This document shows positions 26,537 to 39,182 of a stretch of DNA of 64,000 nucleotides, one piece after another. The position numbers and the translations under genes were made by a program. Each line of letters opens with the position of its first letter. Position 1 is the first letter of the stretch. Below the pieces are notes generated by a model. The model saw nothing but the letters and a program-made list of their open reading frames with translations. It did no database searches and was not told where the DNA came from. This DNA is from Folioceros fuciformis (lineage: Eukaryota): NCBI GenBank assembly GCA_049999805.1, contig JBNGIO010006379.1, positions 487,350 through 551,349 of the forward strand, written 5' to 3'.

Positions 26537-27475
26537 TTACGCACAGAATTGCTGTGACGTAGTGGCGTGAATTTGGAAATGCCACAAGTCTCCCACCTGT
26601 TTCACCATGTTGCTCATACAGAGAAACTCCTGGCCAAACTGGCGCTCGGAAGGGCGGGATACGTCGTGCAGGAAGATGTCGACATGGCCAGCAGCTGTTC
26701 GCGTGCGGGCCATGACCGAGGCGGTGAAGATGGGGCTCATCCGACCAGGGAAGCTGGCATTCTTGTAGCTTCGAGGCCCGTCGATGAGGATGAGATCCCA
26801 CTGCACCGACAGCACCTCCCGCGGCAGATGTGTGGACAATGCCAGGGGGCAGGAAGATGCCTGAATGGGCTGATGGGGCCGGCATTCCCCGCCCCGTCTT
26901 TCCCGAGCTGCGGCTAAGAGTCTCTCTGAATCCCCCAACGTCGTGGTGTAGTCCACCCTGTAGGTTTCTAACTGCGGGTGGCGCTCTCGCATCCGCTCTA
27001 TCCACTGCTGGCTCTCGTCCAGGAAAACCGTCCTCCCTCCATGGTTCAGCGTGGCCCAGAGTAGGCTGTCGTGCCACATTCCGAATACCAGGAAATTGCA
27101 GGACGGTCTGCGCAGCAATGCTCCCATCACCTCTGCAATCTCCTCCCTCGATTGCTGCGGAACCTGCGGCGTCGTTGCGAAATGCAGCAGAGCTTGGGCC
27201 ACGTCTTCGGGAAGGGACCCGGAGGCAGCGCCTGGAGTTAGCACACCTGGGCCTGCGACGACGCTAAATCTTCGCCAGCACTGCCCAACTCCTCCCCCCA
27301 ACAAACCGGCAGCAGCCAGCCCGAGCAGCATAAGTAACAGAACGGCTTTGATGAAGAAGGGCACCATCACCATCATAGGACCGAGCTCCCCTTTCCTGAC
27401 GCTGCTCAGAATCTCACACGGAGGAGCATGAGCCTGAGCTTTACCATTACGGATCGCATACTGTTCGTGCGACAT
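26537..27475 (-). CDS. DUF579 polysaccharide biosynthesis protein (GXM/AGM/IRX15 family), single exon
   Basis: Type II TM segment; HFATTPQVPQQS.EEI, CNFLVFG..HDSLLWATLNHGGRTVFLDES, CPLAL, WDLILIDGPR, PGRMSPIFTA, DIFLHDV.R..E..F..EFLC. The start could be the downstream MMVMV. Confidence 0.92.
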   Translation of the reverse strand: MSHEQYAIRNGKAQAHAPPCEILSSVRKGELGPMMVMVPFFIKAVLLLMLLGLAAAGLLGGGVGQCWRRFSVVAGPGVLTPGAASGSLPEDVAQALLHFATTPQVPQQSREEIAEVMGALLRRPSCNFLVFGMWHDSLLWATLNHGGRTVFLDESQQWIERMRERHPQLETYRVDYTTTLGDSERLLAAARERRGGECRPHQPIQASSCPLALSTHLPREVLSVQWDLILIDGPRSYKNASFPGRMSPIFTASVMARTRTAAGHVDIFLHDVSRPSERQFGQEFLCMSNMVKQVGDLWHFQIHATTSQQFCA

Positions 27476-28130
27476 TGCCGTGGATCTAGAGCAGCAGTGA
27501 CGGCAGAAGAGAATCCACCCGCCTGTTGCACGTTTGGGTCGGCCAACAAAGGGCCGAACGAAGCCTGTGAATTCAACCCTCAGTCTTCAGACATGCACTC
27601 TCGGGGGCCAGGCATCCATATTTTCAACGTGGCGCGACGGTGCCCATGGCCCACCGTCGCTCGCTCCGATTCTCTGCGCCTTCCCGTGAATTGCCAATGC
27701 CGTCACTCTCCCGCAAGCAGCCAAAACGTTGCCGCACTCTTTATGCTTCAACGGTCCACAGCAGGCCACCTCGTGCACCAGTTCCTGCAACAGCATCTAC
27801 GTTGCAGTGCAGGGTCTCCAGACTGCCGAGTGCGAAGACCTGGTCGATGAAGAAGAGTACACTAGACATGTCCATCCGAGGGTGAGATCTACCATAAGGA
27901 ACCATCAGCACGCTTCCACGAAGAGGCGCGGAATGCTTGCCCTGATTTCGGCCACTGGCCGCCCCACGGGTGCGGTGGAGGACTGGGAATTCTTAATTGG
28001 TGCGAATTAGGTCCTGCGACAGATAAGCTATTCCCTTGTTCACCTCATGTGGTCGGCATTGCATCGGAATCCGGGGACAAATTACTGCAAGGGCATGGAG
28101 CTTTGATTTGTCTTGTTAAGAATACAGTAT

Positions 28131-30521
28131 CTACAGGCTTCTCTTGCCTCCAGTCATTTTCGTCTGCACAAGCTCCAACAGTGCTATGTAGTAGAAGTCC
28201 TCCATGTGCTGCATGATAGCACTGCCGTCCCTGATGGACTTAAACATGGCTACCTCTATGTGGATCAACTTCTCCAGCAGCTGCATATCGCCTCTCACTA
28301 CCTCTTCTATGATGTAGACAGGGCACACTTCGCCAATAGTGTCTCCTCTGTAGCCATCTTCCAACAGGTCCATAGTCTCTTCCTGGCCCAGCAGGTTAAT
28401 ACCCTTCGCCAAGTAGATGGGCTCCGCTACATGGCGATAGCCCATGACTCTCGGCACAGTCGGGATGATGTCTCGATGGTTTACGACGCGCCAGCTGTCT
28501 TTTACTAGCTCATTGTATTGCTCCACAAAGGCCCTGTTCCCCACTCTGGGAGAGCCATAGTTATACATGGATACGCTCATCACGCCGGCCTTTGCGAGTT
28601 TGGTCTTGGCAAGCTCCAGCGCATACAGTGTGGCAAGGGCTCCACCAAGGCTGTGCCCAGTCACATACACGTGCCAGGGCACATCACATGTGCTGTCATC
28701 AGGATTGCTGCCCGTTTGCACTATGTCCTGAATAATTGCACGCAGACGTGGTCTAACAGAATCGTATGCGGTCAAAAAACCGCTGTGCACCAACATTTCA
28801 TTGTTGCTGCATCCTCCGCCCACTCTTTCTGGGTTCAACTCGGTGGGCACGAGCATGAGATCAGTCTGAACATCTCTCCACTTTGTCTGCTCTGTTCCTC
28901 GGAAGGCAACAACGACTCGTTTCCGTCTGTCGTCCCTCCACACAGCGACTTGAGTGTCTGTTCTCTTGTTTTCCACAAAGCAAATTTTGTCAAACTCAGA
29001 CTTCACAAAACTTCGGCTTCCAGATGCAGTGGCCAGCATTGCCCAAGCCTCCATTGCACTTTCAGCTCTCTTGAAGATGTCTCTTGTAGCTTGCGCCCTT
29101 GCTACATTTCCTCCAGATGGATCATGGCTCTCTATACCTTGATCTTCGCTGTGACGGGCTATGCCCTCATTCAAGGCTCCCGTTCCGGCCAAGTTTTGCA
29201 TCATCCATGAGCCAAGAATTTCTTCCGTTTGATGGAGGGTCTTCCTGGATACCTGCTGCAAGTCTGAAGGAGTTAAGGTTGTGACAGATGGTGTACCCCT
29301 CATTTTACCACCCTCCTGCTCACCAGGTAAAGCTAGCCCACTTTCGACATATTGAGCTTCCGCCTTGGCCTGAGACTCTAGACCAATGGCCATCATCTTG
29401 TCATCAAGTTGCCAGTTAGACAAATCGATTCTTGGACGGTCTACAGTCCCTAATCGGAAGAACTCAATCGCCCGACTGACTGCACTGCCCACTGGCTGAA
29501 AATACTTCCAATCAAGGTCATCACTAGCAGAACCCTTCCCATCATTTTTTGAGCCAAAGGAGGTTGCTGTTTTGTCTTCTGGGCCACCACTGAGCTGGCT
29601 CGAAGGGTACAACCCGAAAGCTGAACTAACGAAGTCCCGTGCTTTGATACCTTGTTTCCCAAACACTGCTCTGATTGCAGAATCCAACATTTCACTTTTC
29701 AGAAGCTCTGACAGCAGGTTAATCCCCCATCCACGATTCTCAAGATCCAACTGCTCAAACGTTTTGTACTGGACCTCAATAGTCACAACACCTCCACCAC
29801 CAATACCTTCAAGCTGAACTTCCAACGCGTGCTTCTCCCCATCGGCAAAGGGCTCCAAAGTGACACTCGTGTTGCCCAGCCTCCTGTGTGCAGTGATGAT
29901 GTTGGCATCCCAGGCAGCAATGCTGAGAAGTTGACTGCTTGGATCCTTCACATTCAGGCTAAATTCCTCGTTCCACACGGGCTTCAGAGTAGCCCAACAG
30001 GTTTTACTCCGTGCGACAATTCCTCCAATGTTGAATACCACGTAAGGATCGCTTGTCCCCCACAGATCTAGGCCAGGTAGGTCGGTCCCCCCTTTGAGCT
30101 TGACTTTCAGCAGTCCCTTGTACACTTCCCTGAGAAATTGGCTATCGGTATAGGTGACCTCACAATCAATAGCGTCTACTTCCCTGATACCAGCGTTCTC
30201 CGGGGGAGTGTTGTACGACTCAAAAGCAAAACCTGCAAGGAGCACTGCCAAATCCAGGTCGAAGCAGGGCCGATGCTCACATCCTTCCCGCAGAGTCTCT
30301 CTTCCCAGTGAAGTGAAATCAGACCCAGCTCTAACAGGCCCCTCATTGCCGTCCACACTCAACCAGGGTTTGTGTACTAGAGAACTGCCGTAGAAAAGCC
30401 TTTCTCCCTTCCCACCTCTCCTGGAACTGGACGCCACATTGTTAGGCGACAGACGACACCCAAAGGATTTGCTGTGAAAACATTGGAACGGACCTGTACT
30501 CGGCATAGAAAGGGCAGCCAT
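28131..30521 (-). CDS. Plastid C2-domain class-3 lipase (At4g13550/HIL1-like), intronless
   Basis: Transit-like N-terminus; FDLDLAVLLAGFAFESYNTPP; C2 domain DLWGTSDPYVV..P.WNEEF; VVAFRGTEQTKWRD; VHSGFLTAYDSV; catalytic VTGHSLGGALA; MYNYGSPRVGN; DIIPTVPR; QHMEDFYY. Confidence 0.93.
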   Translation of the reverse strand: MAALSMPSTGPFQCFHSKSFGCRLSPNNVASSSRRGGKGERLFYGSSLVHKPWLSVDGNEGPVRAGSDFTSLGRETLREGCEHRPCFDLDLAVLLAGFAFESYNTPPENAGIREVDAIDCEVTYTDSQFLREVYKGLLKVKLKGGTDLPGLDLWGTSDPYVVFNIGGIVARSKTCWATLKPVWNEEFSLNVKDPSSQLLSIAAWDANIITAHRRLGNTSVTLEPFADGEKHALEVQLEGIGGGGVVTIEVQYKTFEQLDLENRGWGINLLSELLKSEMLDSAIRAVFGKQGIKARDFVSSAFGLYPSSQLSGGPEDKTATSFGSKNDGKGSASDDLDWKYFQPVGSAVSRAIEFFRLGTVDRPRIDLSNWQLDDKMMAIGLESQAKAEAQYVESGLALPGEQEGGKMRGTPSVTTLTPSDLQQVSRKTLHQTEEILGSWMMQNLAGTGALNEGIARHSEDQGIESHDPSGGNVARAQATRDIFKRAESAMEAWAMLATASGSRSFVKSEFDKICFVENKRTDTQVAVWRDDRRKRVVVAFRGTEQTKWRDVQTDLMLVPTELNPERVGGGCSNNEMLVHSGFLTAYDSVRPRLRAIIQDIVQTGSNPDDSTCDVPWHVYVTGHSLGGALATLYALELAKTKLAKAGVMSVSMYNYGSPRVGNRAFVEQYNELVKDSWRVVNHRDIIPTVPRVMGYRHVAEPIYLAKGINLLGQEETMDLLEDGYRGDTIGEVCPVYIIEEVVRGDMQLLEKLIHIEVAMFKSIRDGSAIMQHMEDFYYIALLELVQTKMTGGKRSL

Positions 30522-30535
30522 TCGTCCTGTCACAC

Positions 30536-30640
30536 GCTTTAGCCAGATACAGCTCTACACATTTCCTGAGCACAATCCCGTCCCCATGCTTTAGCCAGAT
30601 ACAGATCTGCACATTTCCTGAGCACAATTCCGTCCCCGGA
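30536..30640. repeat. ~52-bp direct duplication just 5' of the lipase start
   Basis: gctttagccagatacag(c/a)tct(a/g)cacatttcctgagcacaat(c/t)ccgtcccc twice. Confidence 0.85.
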
Positions 30641-31499
30641 AGCTCGTTTCAGTAAGGGTAGTAGCTTCAGGGGTCCCGTCACGTATGACTGACAACTTGA
30701 GACGGGTGACATGGACTCCGCAATGTCACGAGGCACATATGGAACGACTATGGTTCCTTCACACCGACCTGGCGGTCCTCATTTCCCAGGGGCCCACATA
30801 CATGATAAGCACTGGGATTCTGTAGTTTCTACCTCATAACATGATAAAGAATGCCCCTGTCCATAATGCCGCGGCAAGAGCCGGCTCCCGTCGGCTTGTT
30901 CAGCAGGGTTTTGCACTTTGCGAGCTCGCGGTCAGCGGGGTTCCCTGCTTTGTTCTCTCATGTTCGACGGTGTTTTGCACTATGCGCGCTCGTGTTCAAC
31001 GATAATTTGTGCTTTGTGAGATCACGTCCACTGGTTATTGGCACTTTGCAAGCTCACGTTCAACGATATTTTGTGCTTTGTGAGATTATTGTCCAGTGGC
31101 TATTTGCACTTTGCCCGCTCATGTTCAACGATATTTTGTGAGATCATTTTTCAGCGGNNNNNNNNNNNNNNNNNNNNNNNNNNNNNNNNNNNNNNNNNNN
31201 NNNNNNNNNNNNNNNNNNNNNNNNNNNNNNNNNNNNNNNNNNNNNNNNNNNNNNNNNGCACTTATTGCCACTTATTGCCACCCATGTTGTCCACTGCCAC
31301 CCACAACACATGGGTGGCAACTTACCTCTATTTCATGCAGGAATAAGTCGTGTGTCACTAGTGTAGTTGTCACACATCTAATAGGGATTTGATTTGTGAA
31401 CACGTCATCATCAACTCCCTCATATTGGAGATTTTGATTTGTGAGCACGTCATCAACTCCCTTGCTACAAAGGATTGTGCTATAGCCAAAGTTTGTCAT

Positions 31500-34115
31500 T
31501 ACTCTCCCTTACAGCCGAAGTCTCTCAATACTCTCTCTTACAGCTGAAGTTTGTCAATACTCTGATTCCTCCCCTAGATCCTCAGTCTTTGCTCGGAGCG
31601 TCACTTTCAAGGAGCTCACTCAACTAGCTAGGACATCTTCTCCTGCTTCTGCCCCTGCTCCTCACTTCGATGATGCGGATTTTGATGCCCCTCCCACAAA
31701 GTATCCTCTATATGCTGCTTATGAACCGCCATCTCGCCCTCGTTTTGATCAATAGGTAGCCAGCAGTTCAAGGGGTGGAATTCCCGCATATGTGTAGGTT
31801 CCGCAACCTCCCCCTGCATCACAGACACAGGTTCCTATGCAAGCTCTTGCACCACCGACTGCTACACCCACAGCCACAGTTTGTGCTGACCCTGTTGTGG
31901 ATTTTCCCGAGCAGCAGGATGTAGAACTTGAGCACGATGGCCAACCAGAATTTGACACACAGCATGTGGACATCCATCCTGATGTTTTTGACCAGCTAGA
32001 AGATGAACCTGAGCTGGCAGCCCTTCTAAAGCCTCATATACAACCAGTGAGGAGACACTTCCTGAACCTGCAGTCAAGGAACGGAGATATCCTACAAGGT
32101 CTCGTCCTGCACGAGACAGCTAGAATACAAGACCATATGAACCAGAGGTTTTTTGTCTTCCTTGCTCTGCAAAGTTATGTGAAGCCTTCTCTACAAGCAT
32201 TGCTTATTCAGCACAACCTCACACATATAGAAAAGCTATCATTGGTCCGGATAAGGCTTATTGAATTCCATTCATTCATGATGAGTACGACTCACTAATG
32301 AAGAATGAAACATGGGAGCTTTGCCCTTTACTTGCTAGAAGGAGAACTGTAAGATGCAAGTGGGTTTTCAAACACAAACTTAATGCCAAAGGTGAAATAG
32401 CTTGTTATAAATCACAACTTGTTGCTCGTGGACTTTCTCAAGTAGCAGGTGTTGATTTTATCGAAACTTTTAGCCCGGTTGTGAAGACTCAATCTATTCG
32501 GATGATAGTAGCCTTGGCTGCAGCTAAGGAATGCAACTTGGAACGAATGGATGTCTCCACAGCTTTCCTTTATGGCGATTTGGAGGAAGACATTTATATG
32601 GATTAGCTTGAGGGCTTTGTAGATCTTGAGCACCCAGATTGGGTATGTAAGCTTAAGAAGACCTTGTACGGGTTCAAACAAAGTGCCCGTGAGTGGTACA
32701 AATGCATATACAAGTATCTTTGCTCTATAGGTTTTCTGCAGAACGCAATAGATTCTAATGTGTACGTCTACATCAAGGGTGGCTACCTGGTTATTTTAGC
32801 TCTTTATGTAGATGATGCCATCCAGGCTTCAAAAAATCAAGGGCTATTAGATTGGGCTAAGCGCATGCTTCATAAACAGTATGATATGAAAGATATTGGC
32901 CCTCTCACTTTTGTTTTAGGCGTACAGGTTCTGAGAGACAGGGAAACACATACTTTGATTCTTCATCAACCTAAGGATATCGAAGAGACACTTCGGCGTT
33001 TTAATCTTTCAGGATGCTAAGCCAGTTAGTACTTTTGGATGTATTGGTGTTAAGCTTTCCACTCTTCAGTGTCCTCAGGATGACGATGATCTAGAGGCCA
33101 TAAGCCAGATTCCTTATCGGCATGTTGTGGGCTGCCTCAACTATATAAGCTGCTGGACTCGACCTAACATCCATTATTCCGTGAGTGCAGTTTCACAATA
33201 TTTGGAGAATCCTGGCCAAGAACACTGGATGGCCATTAAACGAATTTTGAGGTATCTAAAAGGGACTTCTACTTTTGGACTCTGCTTTCAAGGGCAAGAC
33301 AATGATCTCACCTTGGCGGGGTATGCTGATGCGGATTGGGCAACTGACCCAGATCAATGTAAGAGCATCTCTACATACTGCTTCCTTCTATCTGGTTCAG
33401 TTGTTAATTGGAGCTCGAAGAAGTAGACATCCATCACTCTTTCATCCACCGAGGCCGAATATAAGGCTCTTACGAATTCAGTCAAGGAGGCTGAATGGGA
33501 GCGCACTTTTCTGGCTGGTTTGAATTTTCCACAGGTTATTCCTACAACCATCTTTTGTGACAACATATCAACTATAGCGTTAGTAGGGAATCCTCGATTT
33601 CACGCTCACACCAAATACATAGAAGTTCATCATCATTTTGTTTGACATTTTGTGGAGCACAAGGTGATCAATATCGAGTATATATCAACAAAGTTGAACA
33701 CAGCTAATGTGCTTACAAAGAGCTTACTAACAAGCAAGCATGTCTTCCACATGGAGGCATTGGGCTTGGTAGAGGATTCTTCCTACTTGCCTTGAGTTGC
33801 AAGTGAAGGTGTCGGGTGTTGGACGGATGAAGCTTACTACACACATAATCATCCAACACTCACCTCGGTTTTTACTTCGGCCATCTTCTTTTTTCGTCTA
33901 CGTCCTTAATGTAACCAACGTTGTGGTTAAGGGGGTGTGTTAAACTCCATAGTTAATTATAGTAACCACAGTCACTGGGTTACCTAGACTAGGGTTAAAT
34001 ATATTATGAAGGGTTACATAGTTAACACTTAGGGTTTAATATTTAAGACCAACTCTTTGTAATCATTATTATCTTATTCATTATTCAAGTTTATTGTTCT
34101 CTAAGCAATATTGTC
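31500..34115 (+). mobile_element. Ty1/Copia retrotransposon 3' part (RT-RNase H and probable 3' LTR), decayed
   Basis: KNETWEL..CKWVFK..ETFSPVVK..MDVSTAFLYGDLEEDIYM; YGFKQSAREW; LYVDD; GYADADWA; IFCDN. In-frame stops present. PPT aagggggtg is followed by tgttaaac at 33938. The 5' boundary (near the N gap) and the LTR end are uncertain. Confidence 0.9.
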
Positions 34116-35088
34116 ACATGCACAATGTCATCCATCAAATTGCTAGGTTCTTGAAAACCATGAGATAAAAGTCATGTTGAGTGGTAAATTAGTGGGGTAC
34201 CTTCTATTTGTCTTATGAACCAATGGTGCCTAGACATCTTCACTATTGAGGTTGACGTACAAAAGAGGTTGTGATAGTGCAAAGTAATGAAAGTGTGTGC
34301 AATAGTCCAAAACAATGAAGACATACGAGCAACTCATCAATATTGTGGTCAAAGCTGGGTAGCTTACAATATGAACAAGGGGGTGTAGGAGTTGGCAGAG
34401 CTAAGCTAGCTCGATGCACCCCTGTATTAGAAAACTAGAGCAGCAGTCATTGAATCCAATAGAGAGGAGAGGGCAAGTGGTTGAATCCAGTATGCAAGAG
34501 AAGTAGAGAGGGGCGAGTGGTTAAATCTAGTATAGAGGAGAGACAGAGAGGAGAGGGCAAGATGCTACCCGTTGCTCTCTGACAAATTGTCCTAAATCTA
34601 AGGCAAGCGTGTGGCTTTGATGGAGGCACCAAATTGGCTGAGGTTTTTTATCCCTTATAAAACTCGTAATTCGACAAAATATCTTATAATTTTATGGATA
34701 TTCCATCATTGGATGCTTGAAAAACAAGCCACACCGTCCACATACGATGTGGTATTCCATGGGACTGCGCGTCCAGCTAATGATGCAGGCACTTAAACGG
34801 GCATGTTCCAGTTATATACACACCTGTTTACTATAGGTAGATAAGTTGAGACACAGGACCGTTTCAGGGCAAGGATCTGATTCTGTCTCTAAAAACGGGA
34901 AAGATACACAGACTGATCTTGATTTTATTTTAGGTCATATGGGCGACAGAAATCGATATTGACGACGGACAGAACAGTGTCGTGTCGACAGTGGTCAGCG
35001 GAGGAAACGTGAATGGGGATGTTTGAGAGGAAGAAGAGCTGGTTCCAAGCGAACACCAGCAGCAGAGAGAGCGCGGCATCAGCGCACA

Positions 35089-37335
35089 ATGTTGGAGGAT
35101 GCAGGGATCGAGGCGAAGGAGGCGGCAGTGCGGGAGGTGGCCAAGCTGCTGCCGCTGCCGGAGTCGCTGGCCTCCATCACAAGCATCCGGGCCGAGTATG
35201 CGCAGCGGCTGCAGGTGCATGACTCGCAGCTGAGCAGCAGCGTTATGGCACAGGTGGAGCACGCGCGGGCTGGGATCGGGGCGCTGGGCGCCGCGCAGGT
35301 TACCATCACGCAGCTGCGGGAGTCGTTTCTTTTAATTGACCAGCTCTGCCGCGAGTGCCAGACGCTAATAGAGCACCACGACCAGATCAAGCTGCTCAGC
35401 AATGCGCGCAACAACCTCAACACCACGCTCAAGGATGTGGAGGGAATGATGTCCATCTCAGTGGAGGGGAGCGAGGCGCGGGCCTCGCTCGCCGATGACC
35501 GCGAATTGGTGCGCACTTTCGAGCGCCTAGCCGCGCTGGAGGGGAAGCGAAGGTTCGCGCTCGCCGCGGCCTCGTCCCGCCAGGAGGAGGCCAGCAAGCT
35601 AAGCCAGTACTTCGAGGACGTGAACGGCACGCGGGAGAAGTTCGAGCAGACGCTCTGGGGCCATGTGGCTAACTTCTTCCAGCTCTCCAAGACCAGCCCG
35701 CAGACGTTGGTGCGGGCCCTCAGAGTGGTGGAGATGCAGGAGATTCTGGACCAGCAGCAGGCGGAGGACACGGCGGAGGCGGAGGGGGCTGGGCCTGTTG
35801 CGTCTCTCTCCACTGCCAGAGGGAGCCGGAAGCCGCCGGAGCAGCACGGGAATGGCGGTGGCAATCCTAAGCCTGCAGGCCGGCGGTTCAAGGACCGGTG
35901 TTATGAGGAGATGCGCAAGTCTGTGGAATCCAGGTTCGACAACCTGCTCTCCACGCTGGTGTTGGACACTGACCTCAAGGCTGCGCTGGCTGAGGCTAGC
36001 GCAATTGCGGCAGAGTTGCCCGACATCTACGACTATGTGGCGCCTTGCTTCCCTCCGCGGTACGAAATTTTCCAGCTCATGGTGCAGCTGTACACCGAGA
36101 GGTTCATCCAGATGCTTAGGAAGCTTGGAGACCGGGCCAAGGACTTGTCGAACTTAGAGATCTTGAAGGTGACGGCGTGGGTGGTGCAGTATCAGGTGCA
36201 GTTAGGGAACCTCGGGGTCGATGAGCAGCTGACTCAAGTCTGTGCTGAGAGCGGGGCCATGGATCCGCTGATGGATGTCTATGTCGCTCGAATGCAAGGG
36301 ACTATGCAGAAGTGGTATACCAACATCTTGGAGGCTGATAAGACCCAGGCCCCCAGGAATAGCGAGGATGGCAGGCTGTGGACCCCTGCTCCCGTGGATC
36401 TCTTCAGGGTTTTGAATGAGCAGGTGCAGTATGTGCAGGAGAACAGCACCGATGTCATGCTTTACAGGGTGGCTCTTGCAGTCATCCAGGTGATGAGTGC
36501 GTTTCAGGGTGCAGAAAGGCAGAGACTTGAAGGTCCAGTGGCAGAGATCGGACTGGAGAATTTATGTGCCATGGTCAACAACAATATTCGATGCTACAGC
36601 TTGGCTATGGATCTCAGTGGCGGCTTGATGGAGTCTCTCACTCCTTATTATGCAGAACAGGTTAACTTTGAGGATACCTGCAAAGGCTTCCTAGAGATTG
36701 CTAAGGAGGCAGTGCAACAGACATGCCGTGTTATATTCGAAGACCCCGGAGTCAAGGAGCTGGTTTCAAAGCTCTACCTCAAAGACTGGTATGACGGGTT
36801 GGTAACAGAGTATCTGGTGGCAACCTTTGGTGATTATTTTGGAGACGTGAAAATGTTCCTAGATGACCGTTCCTTCCAAAGGTTTGTTGAGGCTTGTATG
36901 GAAGAGACCATTGTCGTCTATGTAGATCACCTTCTGACTCAGAGGAACTACATCAAGGAAGAGACTCTGGACAGGCTGAGGGTTGATGAGGAGGTCATCG
37001 GAGAATTCTTCAAGGAGTACATCAACAGTGCCAAAGTAGACAAAAGAATTCAGCCGCTTGCAGAACTTAGAGAGCTTGCCTCAGCAGAGAGTGTGGATGC
37101 TTTTACGCTCGCGTACACACATCTCCTCCAAGGTCATCCTGATTGCCCACCTGAAGTGGTTGAGAAGTTAGTGGCCCTTAGAGAGGGCATCCCTCGCAAA
37201 GATGCAAAGGAAGTGGTCAATGAGTGCAGGGAAGTCTACAACAGCAACCTCTCTAAGGGAGACTTGCCAAAATCTGGTCTTTTATTCAGCCGATTAAGCT
37301 GCTTTCCGAAGGGTACTCTTAGGAGGAAGGCATAA
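35089..37335 (+). CDS. SEC6: Exocyst complex component SEC6, intronless
   Basis: [112 protein letters not shown]. 748 aa uninterrupted. Confidence 0.97.
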   Translation: MLEDAGIEAKEAAVREVAKLLPLPESLASITSIRAEYAQRLQVHDSQLSSSVMAQVEHARAGIGALGAAQVTITQLRESFLLIDQLCRECQTLIEHHDQIKLLSNARNNLNTTLKDVEGMMSISVEGSEARASLADDRELVRTFERLAALEGKRRFALAAASSRQEEASKLSQYFEDVNGTREKFEQTLWGHVANFFQLSKTSPQTLVRALRVVEMQEILDQQQAEDTAEAEGAGPVASLSTARGSRKPPEQHGNGGGNPKPAGRRFKDRCYEEMRKSVESRFDNLLSTLVLDTDLKAALAEASAIAAELPDIYDYVAPCFPPRYEIFQLMVQLYTERFIQMLRKLGDRAKDLSNLEILKVTAWVVQYQVQLGNLGVDEQLTQVCAESGAMDPLMDVYVARMQGTMQKWYTNILEADKTQAPRNSEDGRLWTPAPVDLFRVLNEQVQYVQENSTDVMLYRVALAVIQVMSAFQGAERQRLEGPVAEIGLENLCAMVNNNIRCYSLAMDLSGGLMESLTPYYAEQVNFEDTCKGFLEIAKEAVQQTCRVIFEDPGVKELVSKLYLKDWYDGLVTEYLVATFGDYFGDVKMFLDDRSFQRFVEACMEETIVVYVDHLLTQRNYIKEETLDRLRVDEEVIGEFFKEYINSAKVDKRIQPLAELRELASAESVDAFTLAYTHLLQGHPDCPPEVVEKLVALREGIPRKDAKEVVNECREVYNSNLSKGDLPKSGLLFSRLSCFPKGTLRRKA

Positions 37336-39182
37336 CACGTGCACTTTTGTTTTCTCTCTCGAGTGCCGATGGAGCCGACATCTGTGGGACCTCTAGTTTG
37401 CCTGGACATTGCACAGGTGTGTATGAGTTCATCTCTAAGGATTTTTTCACACCATTTAGGCGGTTTGTGAAGGGATATGTTCACCATGTCTTTTGACGCT
37501 GTCGTTGGCATGGTAAGAAGGTGGACACTGGAAGAGAAACCTGTCGAGGTAGCTGTGCGCCCGCTTGTGGGACATGCTGGTGCAGAGGTTGCTATTGAAC
37601 CCATGGGATTCTTGAAGGTATGAGGAGAAGAGCATGGCCAGGTGTGCTGGTGGAAGAAAGGAAAGGAATATCATGGCCGATTTGTGCTCGTGCACTAGCG
37701 AGCCATGCGAGTTGCGGGTTCAATTTGATTGATCCAGGATCGCTGTACTTGTATCATTTTGTATTTCTTTGCTGACATTCGCAGAAGTCCCCAGTCATTC
37801 GGATTACCAGTGTGCACCCCTTTGTGTTCGTGCCCGGTCCCGCTCTAGGTGTGGTGCCAGGAAGACTTCTCCTGGTCGGCTTATCTCTTTGGCACCAGCT
37901 CCCTTGGCATGGCGCTGCCAATATTTTGGAGAGAAGCCAAAGTCAAGAAGTTGTATCTTGCACAATCTATCAAGACTACGTGTTATCGGGCAGTCATCCT
38001 CGCGCTTTCCACGACGGGACCAGTGGGATGGACTGGAGGTGCAAAAGTAGTGAACCACATTTATGCCGTGGTGGATCGACTCCTGTGTTGTGTTTTCGTT
38101 GTTCGACTTTGGGTTGCCCTGCTTCATTTGTTTGTTCTCCCGATCGTAACTCCGATTTCATACATCAGTCGTGCTATGGACAACTACATGTACCTGTACA
38201 TTTTGGAGCAAGTGGCGCCCGTCGACTAAGGTCCTCACGTGGGTGTGGTCGAGCCTCGAGAGGGCTGTGCATTCAGTCATATATCGTCATGTACTACTCC
38301 TGAAGAGTCGATACATGTCCGAAACGCAGTCATGGACTGGTGTCGCATGGCCACCATCATGTGAAGCCACCCTTAATAAGGCACGCATGGCTACCATCAT
38401 GTGAAGCCACCCTTAATAAGGCATGATACGCATGAACGTGGCCAGTGCATGTGCCTCGCTGATTTAGCAGGAAGCTTCTTCTGCAGCCCGCCTCGGTCGC
38501 GAAGCTTCTGGAGCTCCTGCTTAAGAGCATCTGCTTAAAATGTTACCGGCATTTTCATCCTGTTCCTCTCACTGTGAGCCACGTGGATGCCCGTGTCGGA
38601 TCGTCGATAGCCGACTCAGTTATAAAGAGCTTTGGGCAATGCAGTGCACACCACTTCGGATGCGTCACTCGAGCCTGTGGAGTTGCTGAAGGGTGAGGCT
38701 TCAACCAATGTTGGCTTGATTGTTGCTCACAGCATGCCTGCAGTTCGAAAACTTCGGTCCTTTAAGGTGTCGGAGTGACGGAAGAGTTGGGAGACATTGG
38801 TCTGAGTTTTAGTAGATCGGTACCCAACACAGACAAGCGTGAGCTGAGAACATTCCTCGTCCTTACGCCCTTCTTGGACTTGCTTCAGAGTACACCCCGT
38901 TAAGTGCTTTAGTCGCGTGCCCCCCTTGGTGTTGCTCGTCTTGTCCATGTTACGCCAACTTACCCCAAAGATCTCGTCTTTCAGACCTCCAGCTCCCCTA
39001 CGTAAGCACACCTGTGGATAATCTGGTAGCGGGACGCTACCGTGCCCTGCGTTGTCGTCAAGCAGACGCGTGGGCTGTAACTGACAGTGTGAGCTCGTCG
39101 TTTGGCAGGCCTTGGAGAAACAGGAGTCTGCGGATTCCGGGTGGGGAAGGGCAGGAGTGTGTTTGGTAAACCGCCAACTACG

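Noticed and set aside
35079-35891. 270-aa antisense ORF
   Set aside because: Shadow of the GC-rich SEC6 coding strand with no recognisable motif. The same applies to 26235-27077, 28518-29210, 42299-42913 and 43934-44587, which overlap real genes.
37487-38303. Possible small membrane-protein gene downstream of SEC6
   Set aside because: Plausible splice sites and hydrophobic ORFs, but no consistent frame or recognisable family.
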